Origin: Folioceros fuciformis
Lineage: Eukaryota
Direction of reading: 5' to 3'
DNA length: 46,714 nt
NCBI GenBank assembly: GCA_049999805.1
Contig: JBNGIO010003086.1
Coordinates: 1 to 46,714 of the forward strand
A model generated the notes under the pieces. It ran no database searches, had not been told where the DNA came from, and saw only the letters and a program-made list of their open reading frames with translations. Every line of letters begins with the position of its first letter. Within the stretch, counting starts at the first letter, position 1. This document shows, piece after piece, positions 1-13,400 of this stretch. Both the position numbers and the translations under genes were made by a program.

Positions 1-2637
1 CGATGCAGCTGCCTCTGCCGCTGCCGATCCCGATCCCGATTCTGCAGACTTCTTCACTAGAGGTGCGCTGTCCGTCAACCTCCTTCCTTCCTTCCTTCTT
101 CCTTGTCCTCGTCTGCAATAGCATCCAAACATGTCCCGTCCACGCGCGCTTGCAGAACGAGCAGAGAACCTCGCCTACTGGTCCAGCGTTCGCCTCAAAT
201 TCGGCATGACGGACATGGCTTTTGGTGCGAACGTGACGTCGTCTCAGACTCCTCTTGAACCCTCTCGCATGCCCGCCGCAGCCTTCAACAAGTCAGTACT
301 CTTGTGAATTTGGCGGACGAATTGCCTACGTTTCATTTTTGGCCTGTAAGTTCCCCAGTTAAGTGTTCTGTTTCCGCTCATCGTCTCAGCGTCCCCTCCC
401 CTCTCCTCGCCAGGCAATGGCAGCAACCCGTTCAAGCGTCGAACGATACTTGCAATCGGAGGCCCATCAAAGTGCCATCCGAAGATGATGACGATGAGGA
501 GGATGACTACATCGATGGCAGGTCCAGGGAGGCACGAAAGGATAGCCTCTTCCACAAAGGTCAGTGCTGTCTAACGGTAACATTGCTCACCCCGGCGGGC
601 GGCTCGTCCTGTACTTCATTTTCTTGCATGTGGCCCGAGAGATATTGGACCTTGCTTCATCCGCAACTCAAGGCTGTTCCACTTGCAGAATCTACTCAGA
701 AAGTGGACGGTAAGAGCGATGTGAGGGGTGGAACTCCACGCTCCAAGCATTCGGCCACCGAACAAAGAAGGCGAAGCAAGATCAATGACAGGCATGTATG
801 GGCAAATTGTGCTTGCTTGGGAACGAGCGTGCTACACTTTGTTTCTAATCCCTGGCACGCTCTGCCACCCTTTTTTGTCTGACAGACTCTTCCTGTGCCC
901 CTCCTGTTGTCCCTTGCCTTCTTCGGTCTAACACCTCATCCGAATGCAGGTTCCAAATGCTGCGTCAGTTGGTGCCGCATAGCGACCAGAAAAGGGACAA
1001 GGCGTCGTTCCTGCTGGAGGTAGTGTAGTGTGTCTCTAGCACTTGCAGCTGCTCTATTTACGCCTGGCCGTATCGTCCCTGAGGTGTATGCGTCCACTGT
1101 ATGCTTTGTGCACACATGACGGTGGAGTCTAATTGTTTGTCTCCCCGGACGCTGCAGGTCATTGAGTATATCCAGATACTGAAGGAGAAAGTAAAAAAGT
1201 ATGAGAATGTGGAGCACGGAAGACATCAAGACAGGCTCAAGTCCATGGTCTGGGACCTGTGCAAGGTATATGCCTCTTGCGTGTCTGCATGCCTAGTTTC
1301 CCTCGGTTGCTCTGTTTTGGGGATGTGAGCTGACTCGTGTACGCCCTTCTGTGTCAGAGGAGTGGGGGAGCACCGGACTCGTCTCTGGGCCTGGATCCCT
1401 CTCGTCTTGATTCTCTCGTCTTAGCGAAGGAGTACAGCTCACCAGTTTCAGGGGTATTGGACATCAAACAGGTGAGTGAGAGTGTCCCCGGGACTCTCAT
1501 TGAACAGGATCGTTGCGGCGTGCCTTGGGACACGCTGTGACAGCTATCTGAGTGTGTGTTTTTCTCTGGGATGCCAGCAGTCGGTTCAATCGCCTTTCGC
1601 CAGGACTGTGGGTGGCTATCCGGTGACATCAAAAAGCGAGCCTGGTGTGGCAAATCCAACGGCCACCATATCCAATTCCAGCTATGAAAGAGAAAAGTTT
1701 AACAACGAGGCGTCCGAATCTCTGCATTATCCCGGCAGGGGGCGACCCTATGGCTTTGGAGCCACTGGAATCGTAGGAGGTGTGGCTACCCAGGATCCAT
1801 TGCACCAACAGCAACAGGTTGAGCAGAGGTTTTACGGTGGCCAAGGAGCCAGGCTTGCCCAGTCGGACACCGGCCACTCCCAAGTGTTGAATGAGGAAGG
1901 TGGTTCCAACCTGAAGCCGTTCCCTCCTGGTGCTGGTGCTGCTGCGGATCAACGACAATATTCGCCACCCGCCTCTTATGGCGGACCGTCCTCAAGGCAA
2001 CCGTCTCCGCGCGGCGTGCAGGCCACAGCCAACGAGCCTTCCTTGTCGGTGGCCGGGAGGCACCCACCCAGCAATACGTCCCGTGAGCCGTCTCAACAGG
2101 AGGACTCTCGCGCTCCCTCCAGTGCAGGACAGGATCCGCTGGCTATACAGGGAGGCGTCATCAATGTTTCCAGCGTCTACTCCCAAGGGTAATTTCCGTC
2201 TGCCCCATAACAACCTAGTAGGGTTTCAAGGCCCAGCTGTCAGGCGTAGTGTTCGAGGCTCACACGTTGATCCATCTCAGGTTGTTGGACACGTTGACAA
2301 AGGCGTTGCAAAGCTCAGGATTGGACTTGTCTCAAGCCAACATCTCAGTGCAGATCGACCTCGGGAAGACCACAGCGGCTGTTTCCCCAAAGGTTCGCTG
2401 TAATCTACAGTCCCTCAACTCCTGTTTGCTGACGTACATAGTGCCTTTCCTGCTGGCCTTTCGACTTTAGGACTCGAATCTGATGTGCTGCATCCCACGC
2501 TGGTCCAGGTTGCTCAAACACCAGAGTCCTCTACACAAAGCCACCAATCTCAAGAACACACCAGACAAACTGTCTCGTACCCCGACCAGGACTTGCAAAC
2601 GCCTCACAAAAGACCAAAGATTGAGGTGGATGTGTAG
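1..2637 (+). CDS. BIM: BIM-type (BES1-interacting Myc-like) bHLH transcription factor, multi-exon, 5' end outside the window
   Basis: Spliced bHLH reads [49 protein letters not shown]. The BIM C-terminal block is [39 protein letters not shown]. Inferred exons: <1-62, 156-291, 414-559, 689-791, 950-1019, 1158-1265, 1358-1471, 1578/1581-2188, 2281-2392, 2509-2637 (ends [10 protein letters not shown]). Confidence 0.9.
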
Positions 2638-4844
2638 CTTTACGGTTTTGTAGATACCTACCCCTTTTCTGTCGTTGAGGGCAATTTTTCTGTGTCTTTC
2701 CCGGGGCTTCCTTCCTGTGACCGTAGGCGAGAGTGTCATCCTAACCCCGAAAGCCACTGCTTGTCAGCACCCTGGTTGAACGTGAACCGTGTATCCAGTC
2801 CCGCTCCGTTTCTCATGTCCGACGTCATGGGCAAGGCACAGGAAAGTCCGTGTATTTTCTGACTACCCGCAGGTGCTCCTCACTCGAGAGTGTGAAGCAT
2901 TTGTCGATACTGGCGCCACTTGGGCCCGTTGTGCTCTGCCTCTTTCAGGTGTCGAGGACGAGCTAAAAGGTTTATGGAGGTGTCGAAGGCGAGGTGGTGC
3001 CAAAACTTGTTGTTGCCCAAGGAGTAGTTGGCGAGCCTCTTCTCTTGGAAGGAAGGCTCATCTGGAGCAAGTCCAGGTGATTTCTGCCCGGCCTGATTGC
3101 TATAAGTTCAACAGTCGTGCTATTGATGTATAAAATTCTTACGCACAGTAGCCTTGTCTCTGCATCACTCGCTCTGAGCGTATTATGCCAGGGGATTGTG
3201 CACTAGTTTGTAAAGTAAACGATTCTTTCAAGAAAAGATGTATCTACCTATTGTACCAATTTGACGAAAAGACTTGAAGCTCTATTGGGGGCCTCTACGG
3301 AAGCAAAGTTTGATTAATTGCCCTTGGTGAGTTCCTTATGAGCTGCATTGGGACCCCCATCTTGAGACCCGGCATTCCTGTCCGGAACACACTTGCTCGC
3401 AAAGACATCTGTCGGTATATGAATGCCTTCTGGGAGCACACTTAGGAAACTCTGACCGATCCCTGTGGAAGCCCTCAGGGTAGGACGCCAGGCTTATATG
3501 TCTGGGTGACATTCCACCAGCTGAAATTCCCACGTCAAGGGGCAGGGAGCATCCAGAGGGATTAGGTGAAACGTATTATTGCTGATCATATGATGTGTAT
3601 GTTGAAGACCTCCATTTTGCTCTCGGGAATAATATCGCCACACAATCTCAAGGTTTCCGATGATCTTGCACCAATATGAGGTCACAGTGGTCCGTGCTAT
3701 TTTGGGTCGTAAGATGTTTGCCTCCTACCACTTCCCCTGTGCTGTCCTCGAGACATGCTTGCCGTATTATTGAACTTGTAACGGTCTGGCTTCCAGCATC
3801 ACTGAAATCTTGGATCCCTCCTTCTTAGGCTAAATTTCTCCAATCTTGTCCTTAGGCTAAGTTGCTCTGATACCCTAATGCAGATGCGGCCGTGTTGTTG
3901 AGACAGCTCATGCTGCAAATAGGTTGCGCAGAAGAGCCGCTGATCCTGCGACTCGGTGAGGCGTGTGCTGGTGTGCATAGATGACTGGAGAGCTGCTACG
4001 AGTGGCAATTTTCAGCACGACGTCCACTTACTCGAGCCTGAGCGCGGCGGGACCGCATCCCTTCCCAGCAATTCCTTGTCTCCATCGCCTCATGATCTTT
4101 GGCAGCTCCTTGAACGTGTGGAAAATGTTCAAGGATGTACCTCTGGATGGCGCACATTCTGCTCCGCAACTGACACACAATCAAGGTCAGCACGTTACGA
4201 TAGTGATGGCGTGCGCATTGTGCCAGATTCCATGATTGCACGCCACCTGAAAGCGTAGGGTACCGACTCCTCTGTTCCCGTCTGCTTTCCTCCGTGTCTG
4301 CCAGGACTGCGATTTGAGCACTGCGGCCGGCCGGGGATGAGCAGTTTGCAGCGCTGAATTGAGAGTCGACTTGGTCTTGGTGTCAGCAGGACTCCTTCGG
4401 GGGCTTGCGAGACGTGAGTCCTTCAAGCGCTCCTCCACAATGAAGGCGAAACAGACACCAAGGAAGCGGAAGAGGGATCACAGAACACCAGGGATGCATC
4501 CAGTGCCACAACAAGCATCAGCGGCATTGACGGCCGCCTGGCCCCTCGCAGGAAGCACCAGCAACCTGCAAGGTATGATGTGGCTCACGGGACTAGCCAT
4601 GGCCAAGAGTCTGGCCACAGCAGCCTCCCAGCTTGCCCGCTCTAGCGTGCCGAGTGACCAGGCCGGAGAAAAGTTGGTAGCGATGGAGACGAATATCAAG
4701 GAGAGCAAAGCGATTGATTAGCGTTTCAAGTTGCAGATTTCTTATTTTCAGATGTTCAGATTTCCGCGCGTTCCTGGTTTTCAGTTGTGTACAGTCTAGG
4801 TATGTGGGCGGGTACCCGAGGCCAAAGGGACAGGCGGGGAACGG

Positions 4845-5525
4845 GATATTTCTACGAATATCCCGCCTACCGAGCTCGGACATGTACTTCCAGAATCCCT
4901 AGACTTGACAAAGCATCAACAGCCTGTCCCCCTGTACTGTATGTTCCGAAAGCACCTAAGGAAAAAGAGTATAAGTGTATGATGTTTGAAATCGTGAAAG
5001 GTATGCATGGCCGAAAACTGGCCGAAGACGGTGAGGATCTACTTACAGTACTTGGTACAAACCCCCTTTCAGCAGACTGTCATTGGAAATATGGTCTCGA
5101 CAGCCAGCCAGGGTTTTGCTTTGCATTTGGTGAAGAATTCCCTAATGATGTTGCTATGGCAACCAGCGGGAACACCGTGTTGCGGATCAAGGTGGGAGCC
5201 CGAGATACCATCCTCAACGGTTTCAGCAAGTCCACTCTACGACGTTGCAGTTGTCGGAAGTCCGCAGCTCATGGCTTCCACCGCCGTCAACCACAAGGCA
5301 TCGTACAATTCAGGCTGCAATGTAGAAAACCAGTCCATCAACATGCTGAACTCCAGCTGCAATTTGAACGTCCGAGCAAGGAAACGGTGGATCGTGTGCT
5401 GTGCTGCAATGGTACCTGCACCAAAGCACCGTGAGTAAACTTGCAATGCATCGCTACAGCTCTCTGTTTCGTCTAACATGTTTCTCCCCGAACCGCTCGA
5501 TCAGGAAAGTCATGCATGTTCTTCA
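4845..5525 (-). pseudogene. SUS: Sucrose synthase (GT-B glycosyltransferase) C-terminal fragment, degenerate, introns retained
   Basis: Minus strand reads RRNREL*RCIAS..HGALVQ|PELYDALWLTAVEAMSCGLPTTATS*SGLAETVEDGISGSHLDPQHG...EFFTKCK...DRLLMLCQV*GFWKYMSELGRRDIRR. This matches the SuSy consensus [59 protein letters not shown] / ERLLTL..VYGFWKYVSKL.RRETRRY. Stops at ~5454, ~5237, ~4899; GT-AG intron at 5415-5315. Confidence 0.88.
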
Positions 5526-6010
5526 CACGATCCGGAGGTATCATAAGAGAATATGCAGGGCTTTGTCTTCTCCTTCAGCGCCCTCTGCAAATCGAAAGAG
5601 ATAAGGTCCAAGGCCAAGCTTCCAAATGACACCAGTCTCTTCCAGAGACGTCATCTGCATCTGCCGTGAAGAATGAAACATGACACGGTGCAGATTGCAG
5701 CCACGGTCTGGACTTCCTCTACTCACGCCTTTCCTGACCGAAGTGACGATCCTGAGACTTCACCCCCTGTGAGATCTTACCCATTGGATCAGTTACAGCT
5801 CAGAGCGGTTTTCTATGCCAATGGGTCTACAAAGCGAGTCTCCCGCCCACAGAGACTCTGCCATCTGACAGATACGTCCGTTGCAGCGTGCTGTACGAGG
5901 GCGTTGTGGGAACAGTGCCACGTGCTTGCTCTTCCCTGTGAAGTTGGAGATACGGCATCTGCTGCGTTCGAGAACCCTGACTCCTCTCGAGTGTCTGCAT
6001 ATATGATTTA

Positions 6011-9000
6011 CTATGTAATCTGTATCACTCCCAACAATTGAAGATGTGTCAGCTGCGGTGTCAGTAGCTTCGGTCTGTCTCCCAGGTCCAGCATTTTGAG
6101 GGCCGGCAGCGACGACAGTCGGTTGGGGAGGTGATCCAATGGCACATCTTTCAGTTTTAGCTCTTCCAACCTTCTGAAGCAGGAATAACTACTGAGCCCA
6201 CCACATCCGTCTGCTTTCTCTAGCACACACTCACCGTCCATAGTGCCCGGAAACTTACTCATGCCGGGACTGTCGTCCGCTGCGTCTGGTTTACATGAAT
6301 CGAGAACAAAGGAAGCGTCGGGAAAGCAGTGGTCAAGGTTTTTAATTCCTGTGCACCGGCTGAGATCAAGATGCCCAAGGCTGCGGAGGCTGGATAGAGA
6401 ATGAGGTAGCCTTCGGAGGCCAATACAGCCAGAGAGTTTCAGTTGCGAGAGCATTTCAAAGGCGCCTTCCCGAATCGGAGGAAACTCCTCCAACCGATTG
6501 CAATCTTCCATCCACAGTTCCTGCCAGCATGTACAGCTTGTCAGGCAGTTCTTCTCCTCGAAGTTCATTTGCTCCGTGTGAAAGTGTAGCCTTGAGCATT
6601 TTGAAGAAAAAAAAAAAATCAAACCACACAGCATAGGATCGTACCTGCAACTCTGGGAATGCTCCCTTGCATGCAAATTTCGACGGAAGCTCTGAGATTC
6701 CCTTACAGTCATTCAGGTACAGTCTCTGAAGCCGAGGAAGCTCGTGGAGATCAGGAAGGGATGTCAAGCCCGAGCACCGTCTCAGGTCCAGTGTTACAAG
6801 TTGTGTGAGGGAAGGCATCCAGGGGGGTAAGGACACAAGTGTCCGACAGAAACTAACATCCAAGATCTGAAGTTGGCCAACAATACTGGTTTCCAGTTTG
6901 TCAGGTAGGGAAGTGAGTGACTCGAAACTGACTTTCAGCACCTGAAGATTATTTAAACGTGAGATACTTCCTGGCAAGGATGTGTGTGTTCCGCTTTCTA
7001 TGCGAAGGTCCGTGAGGCGGGACAAAGAGCAAACATTATCAATAGGGGCTGGCCCTGTGATTGAAGGAACAACGAACTCGGGTTAGAGACTCAAACCTAA
7101 TCGAGTATCACAGATAACATCTCGTGAACGTCATAAGGTAAAACTCAGGGAAGGAACGAACCACAGAACAGGTAGTCTTGCCCTTGGCAGGTTCCAGGGA
7201 AATCGTACCTTTCTGCTCCCAAAAACTGCGGCAACCAGCTGTGTTAAGGGATCGCAGGCTTTTGAGACTGGAAACCTTGAAAGAAAGAGGTTTCAAGCCT
7301 GAACAGCCCTGGACACTAAGAAACTTGAGGTTTCTCAGCTTTTTTAACGAGCTGGGCAGCTTCCGCAAGGAGGTGTTTCCTGACAAATCCAGATGACAGA
7401 GACAGAGTAGATCTCCGATGCTGCTGGGTAGTGTCTCGAGGTTGGTTCGACTGAGGTCAAGCACCTTCAATTTAGGAAAGCCCTCGAGAAAACCTACGCC
7501 ACAAAGGACAGACAAAGGCTGTTTCAGAACCGAGCAATCCCTAGTGAAACGGCACACACGACTTGTGACGACAGACGTACTGACTTGGTGGAATCGCCTT
7601 AAGTCGCTTGTTCTTTCTCAGAAGCAAAACTGTCAAGTTGAGTGCTCGGAGATAGGATGGAAGTGCTTTCAAGGAGTTGTCAACAAGCGATATCCGAGTT
7701 GCTGCAAGCTCCTTACTGGAATTCCGGGTTCTGCTGTTCCCTGCTTCCTTGCTTTCTGTTGACCATGGAAAATTGGCAAGCCCCTTTCCGGCCTTGAATA
7801 GGCATTCCTGTGGGTCAACCAAATATAACTTCTTGAGGTTGCTAATTCTCTACCAAGAACGAGGACAAATCAGAAGGGCGCCAATTTACTCACATATGCA
7901 TACACGTTGCTTTTCAACTGCAGGGTATAGAGAGCAAAATCACGCAAGACATCGTGTATTTGACACCACTGCATCCCCATATACCTGTCACTTTGGTATG
8001 ACAGATCTATGAGAGATCTTCCAATAAGTACTCCCAAAAGAAAATAGGCATCAGGCATGAAATCATTGTGGTCATTCGGCTGCAGAAGACCCTCGCCAGC
8101 CCACAGATCCACTAGGTACTCCACTTTCACAACTTCATCCTCCGGGAAGGCGGCGAAATACAGGAAACATCTCTGTAACCGGGGATCTATTGGAACTAAG
8201 GCGTCATAGCTCAGCTGGACTCGTTGGTACAGCAGAAGCTCATGATCCTGATTCAGTATCTCCGCCTCCCGAAGTTTGCTCAGGGCCCTTTGCCATAGCT
8301 CTTCAGACTTCTGAGAGGCAAGAGCTCGGGCTACAACTTTCAGAGCCAGCGGCAGTCCTTTGCACTCACTAACCACCTCCTTGACCTGCACAGCAAAAGC
8401 ATAGCGTGTCAAGCGGCCATTCCGGACATACACAAATATAACTATGCTGAAATAATTAAGGTAGAAGTGATTACGAGACTCTGAAACCACTTCGACCCAG
8501 CCCGTTTATAGGCTCCACCAAATGCATGCTGGCAAAATAGCTTCCAACTATCATCATCACTGAGCTTTTGCATTCTGATGGTGGCCTCGTCGGCTGCGTG
8601 CACCCTCTCCAGGACCTGCCATACATACGGACAGGGAGAGCAACACACTCACGTACTATCCATGTATGAGATGCAAAGCTCGCACAACTTCAGAGAGAAG
8701 TGAGACGCACATCCAGATTTCGAGTGGTCACAAGAATTCGACTCCCCAGTTCTTCCGTCGAAACGACGTCCATCCACTCGAGAATTGGCCTTCCATCATC
8801 TTCCCAGACATCATCTAGGACCAGCAAAAATTTCCTTCCCCTTAACGCATTGCGGAGGTTCTTTTTGTAATCCTCTCTAGTAGAGGCCGCAACCGGGATT
8901 CCTATCTTCTCACACAGCTTACTCTGTAGTCTTTCAATTGATGGTTCTCTCCCGACTGTCAACCAGAAAGTCATGCCAGTAAAATAATTGTGAACTCTAG

Positions 9001-10078
9001 GATTGTTCTTAACCCTCTGAGCAAGCAACGTCTTCCCAATCCCTCCCTTGCCCCATATGCCCACCCACTGCGACCCATTTTCTCCTGAAAGCAAGATTCC
9101 CAGTAGACGCTTCATTATGTCATCTATTCCAAAGACGAAATCTGGCTCCGGCTCCCGGTCTTGATCACATGCAGACAAGCTTCTGCCGCTTTCCCAACTT
9201 CTGGCAGATATCTTGCTTACAGAGACTGCACTCTCCTCTCCACTCACGAAACTTAGCCCTTGTATGCCATCATTTCTGCTTGGTAAAGGACTGAAGCCGC
9301 TTCGCCTAGAGGACCTTGAATCATTTGAAATTTGGCTCCCCGATAACCTCCTACTCTCGTCATGCGAGGAGCTTGTCAGGCTATCCGTTCTCCTCTTGAT
9401 CTCGTCGAAAGCAGCTTCTTGGTTCATCTGGCGCCCTTGGAAACATAAATCCCTGGTTGTGACAGCAAGCTCCAAACGTCTCAGCTGCATCACCAGCTCC
9501 TTGATACACTCCTCTATTGTTCCAAGCTTCGACATAGTTGCCAAGGAACAGTCTGCAGCTAAGTCCTTTATCCGCATGGTTACATCAAGAATTGACTTCG
9601 ACTTCTTGTAGCTGGCCACCATGTTGAGGTCCCACGTATTCTTGTTGCAATCGTCAAGCAAAATCACGGCTTCGTCCAGCAATGTCTTCAACTCTGCCAG
9701 CCAGTCTGTCGCAGCCTCGGACGACGCTGCCCATTGGAAGGACCGCCATGAAGAGGGCAAATGTAGGGTGCAGTCCACGCGTCAGTGTCGACTCTCCCAC
9801 AACACCAGTCCCACCCACAGCAGCACAAACTTGAGCACACATTTCAGAGAAGGGTAGCACGTACTGAAGCCATGAAGAGAAGAATCCTGGCTCGATGCTT
9901 TGCCATGGGACGAGCCTTCCATGTCCTTCACCCGTGGCTCGATGCTCTGTAGTAGCTTCTCCAGATTCTTCCTGTACTTTGGGTAATTTTTAGCCAGCTT
10001 CACACGCTTTATTGCCTTCTCCAACAACTTCGTCACTACAAATCCGACCACCGCAGCCAAAACTCCTGGATCGCCCAT
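6011..10078 (-). CDS. NB-ARC-LRR (NLR) immune receptor with CC/RPW8-like N-terminal domain, about 8 exons
   Basis: N-terminus MGDPGVLAAVVGFVVTKLLEKAIKRVK. P-loop GIWGKGGIGKT, kinase-2 FLLVLDDVW, RNBS-B GSRILVTTRN, RNBS-C LSDDDSWKLFCQHAF, GLPL ECKGLPLAL, RNBS-D CFLYFAAFPED, MHD variant IHDVLRDFA, then many LxxLxLxxC LRRs. Introns join in phase, e.g. 9864-9727 and 8710-8616. The donor near 7160-7190 and the 3' end at 6011 are tentative. Confidence 0.92.
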
Positions 10079-10404
10079 CGCCCCTTCCGAATGCAAAGTT
10101 CCTTCAGCCCGCACCCATCCAGCTCAGGATGGCCAATCGTTGACCTTCTCCTCGTCTGCCCATCGAATGCTCCTGCTGCTGCGCCACCCGATTCGGAAGC
10201 AAAGGACTTCCCTTCTGGGTCCAATTATGCAATGCCGATAGATCCTGTTTTGCCCCCTTTGACCGCCACGCGGAAATCAGTCGGAAAATGTCGGCATTAC
10301 CCGTCTGAACAAACGGGAGACGTTGACTCCGGTTGAATCAACGTATGCGTATGTGTGCACTATATGCTAAGTAATGCGAGTGTCCAAAACTGGGTCCGGC
10401 ATGC

Positions 10405-13400
10405 ATGAAGTTGATTGATCGAGTCGAGAATCGATCCTGTTTACAATCAAGTGCCAAAGATGGGCTACGGGATCTTGCATCCATAGGCTCAGTGCGCGGT
10501 CCTGCGATGGCTGTCGTGAGCGTTTCAGTTGTCTTCACGCATGAAAGAAAGGGAGGGTGTTCAAGAGGATATGAATCTGTCATCAGAGGTCGTCGGCATA
10601 GGCAGTTTCAGGAGGTCCTCTGGTTAAATAATTTGTGCAAGCCAGCTCGGGTTCATTTGCAGCTCGCTGCTTTGGATCTGGAGATGGGTCCTGATGCTAA
10701 CCCTCTCAGGCCTGCAGGCTACGATCAGTGTGTGACAGCTGAGAGTGTGAAAGAGCTGTGTGATGGCGGACATCTTAGGGAGGCTGTTGAGGCTTTAGGG
10801 GTTTTGGTGCGGACGGAGTGTTTTGTTTCCAGAGCCTTGTTTCATACTGTTTTGAAGACTTGTATGTTGAAGAAGGATCTTACTCTGGGTCGGCGGGTGC
10901 ATGCATTCACGGTGAGGAAGGGGTACCAGTCAGACACGTTCCTGGGCAACCACATTGTGCGGATGTATGCTGCCAATGGCAGGTTGCAAGATGCGATGGA
11001 TGTGTTTGAAAGGGTTGCCAAACCTGATGCATTCACGTGGTCTGCCATTATGTCTGCGCATGTTCAGCATGGACAAGAGAAGCAGGCTATAGAATTGTAT
11101 CGTTGGATGCGGAGGTCAAGGTTGAAGCCTGACGGTCATGTGATAGTGGCAGCTCTGCAGGCTTGTGCAAAGGGATCGGACTTAGAGACTGGGCAAGAGG
11201 TGCATGCTGACGTGTTGGCCTGTGGGATTGAGCGCGACATGTTTGTCTCTAATGGCTTGGTGAACATGTATGCAAAGTGTGGCAGCTTAGAAGATGCTCA
11301 GAGAGTGTTCAACGGACTTGATCACAAAGATGTGGTGACGTGGACTGCTCTAATTGCTGGGTATTCCAAGAAGGGCATGGGACAGGAAGCGCTTTTTGTG
11401 TACTGTGCTATGCAGGAAGAAGGCATTGCTGTACCCAATTCTACGACCTTTGCTTGTCTCCTGCAGGCGTGTGCTACTATGGGCAACGCCGGTTTGGAGA
11501 CGGGGAAACGGTTGCATGAGGAAATTAAAGAACGACTATATCAAAATGATGTCTTTGTGGCCAGCAGTTTGGTGAACATGTATGCAAAGTGTGGCAGCTT
11601 GGAAGATGCTCAGAGGGTTTTCAACGGACTTCGCCAAAAAGAAGTCGTGACTTGGACTGCCCTGATTGCAGGTTATTCTCAACAGGGTAGGGGACAGGAA
11701 GCCATTCAACTTTACAGTGTCATGCGAGAAGAGGGCATGGCTGTGCCCAATTCAGTGACATTTGTGTGTCTACTGCAGGCGTGTGCAACTGTGGGCACTT
11801 CAGCATTGGAGATGGGGAAGCAACTTCATGGGCAAATAACGGACCAAGGACGCCAAGCTGATGTGTTTGTGGCTAGTAGTTTGGTGAATATGTATGCAAA
11901 ATGTGGCAGCTTAGAAGATGCTCAGAAAGTATTTGATGGACTCGGTCAGAAGGATGATGTCACATGGACTGCTTTAATCGCAGGGTATTCCCAGCAGGGC
12001 ATGGGACGGGAAGCTCTTCGTCTCTACTGTGCTATGCAAGAAGAAAATGACACTGTACCCAACTGCGTGACATTCGTGTGCCTCCTGCAGGCATGTGCAA
12101 GTGTGGGCACCACAGCGTTGGAGATGGGAAAGCAGCTTCATGCGCAAATTAGAGAGGGTGGACATCAAGGTCATGCGTATGTGGCCAACAGTTTGGTGAA
12201 CATGTATGCAAAGTGTGGCAGCTTGGAAGATGCGCAGAGGGTGTTTGATGGACTTGGTACAAAGGATGTAGTCACGTGGAATGTCATGATAGCAGGATAC
12301 TCCCAGCAGGGGATGGGCCTAGAAGCCCTTCGTCTGTACAGTGCTATGCAAGAAGAAGGTATAACGGTACCTGATTCTGTTTCCTTTGTTTCCTTGCTGC
12401 AGGCTTGTGCGAGTATGGGCAGTGCGGCTTTGGAGAAGGGGAAGCAGCTTCATGCGCGAATTAGAGAAGAAGGACACGAAGCTGACGTGTTTGTGGCCAA
12501 CAGTTTGGTAAACATGTACGCAAAGTGTGGCAGCCTAGAATGTGCTCAGCAAGTGTTTGACAGACTTGATGACAAGGATGTGGTTACGTGGACTGCTCTC
12601 ATTGCAGGGTATTCTCAGCAGAGCATGGGGCAGGAAGCCCTCCGTCTGTACAAGGTTATGCAAGAAGGTGGGATTACTGTGTCCAATTCCATGACGTTTT
12701 CATGCCTGCTGCAAGCATGTGCAAGTGTGGGAACCACAGCACTCGAGCTGGGGAAACAGCTCCATGTGCAAATTAGGGAGCAAGGACATGAAGCTGATGT
12801 GTTTATAGCCAGCAGTTTGGTAAACATGTATGCAAGCTGTGGCAGCCTGGAAGATGCTCAGAGTGTGTTTGACAAACTTGGTGAAAAGGATGTGGTGCTT
12901 TGGACTACTTTGATTGCAGGTTATTCCCAGCAGGGGATGGGCCAGGAAGCCCTTCATCTCTACAGTCTCATGCAAGATGAAGGCATGGTTGTACCCAATT
13001 CTGTGACATTTGCTTGCCTCCTGCAGGCGTGTGCAAGTGTTGGCCCCCAGGCTTTACAGAAGGGGAAGCAGCTTCATACAGAGATTAGTGAACGTGGAAT
13101 TCAAGCTCATATATTTCTAGCCAGCAGTTTGGTGAACATGTATGCCAAGTGTGGAAGCTTAGATGATGCTCGGATTGTGTTTGACGGACTCAGTCAAAAG
13201 GATGTGGTAGCGTGGAATGCCATGATAGCAGGATATTCCCAGCAGGGCATGGTGCAGGATGCTCTTGGTCTCTATGCTGCTATGCAAGAAGGCGGCATCA
13301 CTGTACCCGATTCTGTAACTTTTGTGACCCTCTTGCAGGCTTGTGCTTGGGTAGGCCGCCCCGCCCTTGAAGATGGAAAGTTGCTTCATTCGCAAGTTAG

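Noticed and set aside
4478-4708. GDSL-lipase-like ACCGTG motif
   Set aside because: An isolated six-residue match with no other GDSL blocks.
4787-5434. 215-aa + strand ORF
   Set aside because: No recognisable motif; it is the antisense of the sucrose synthase relic.
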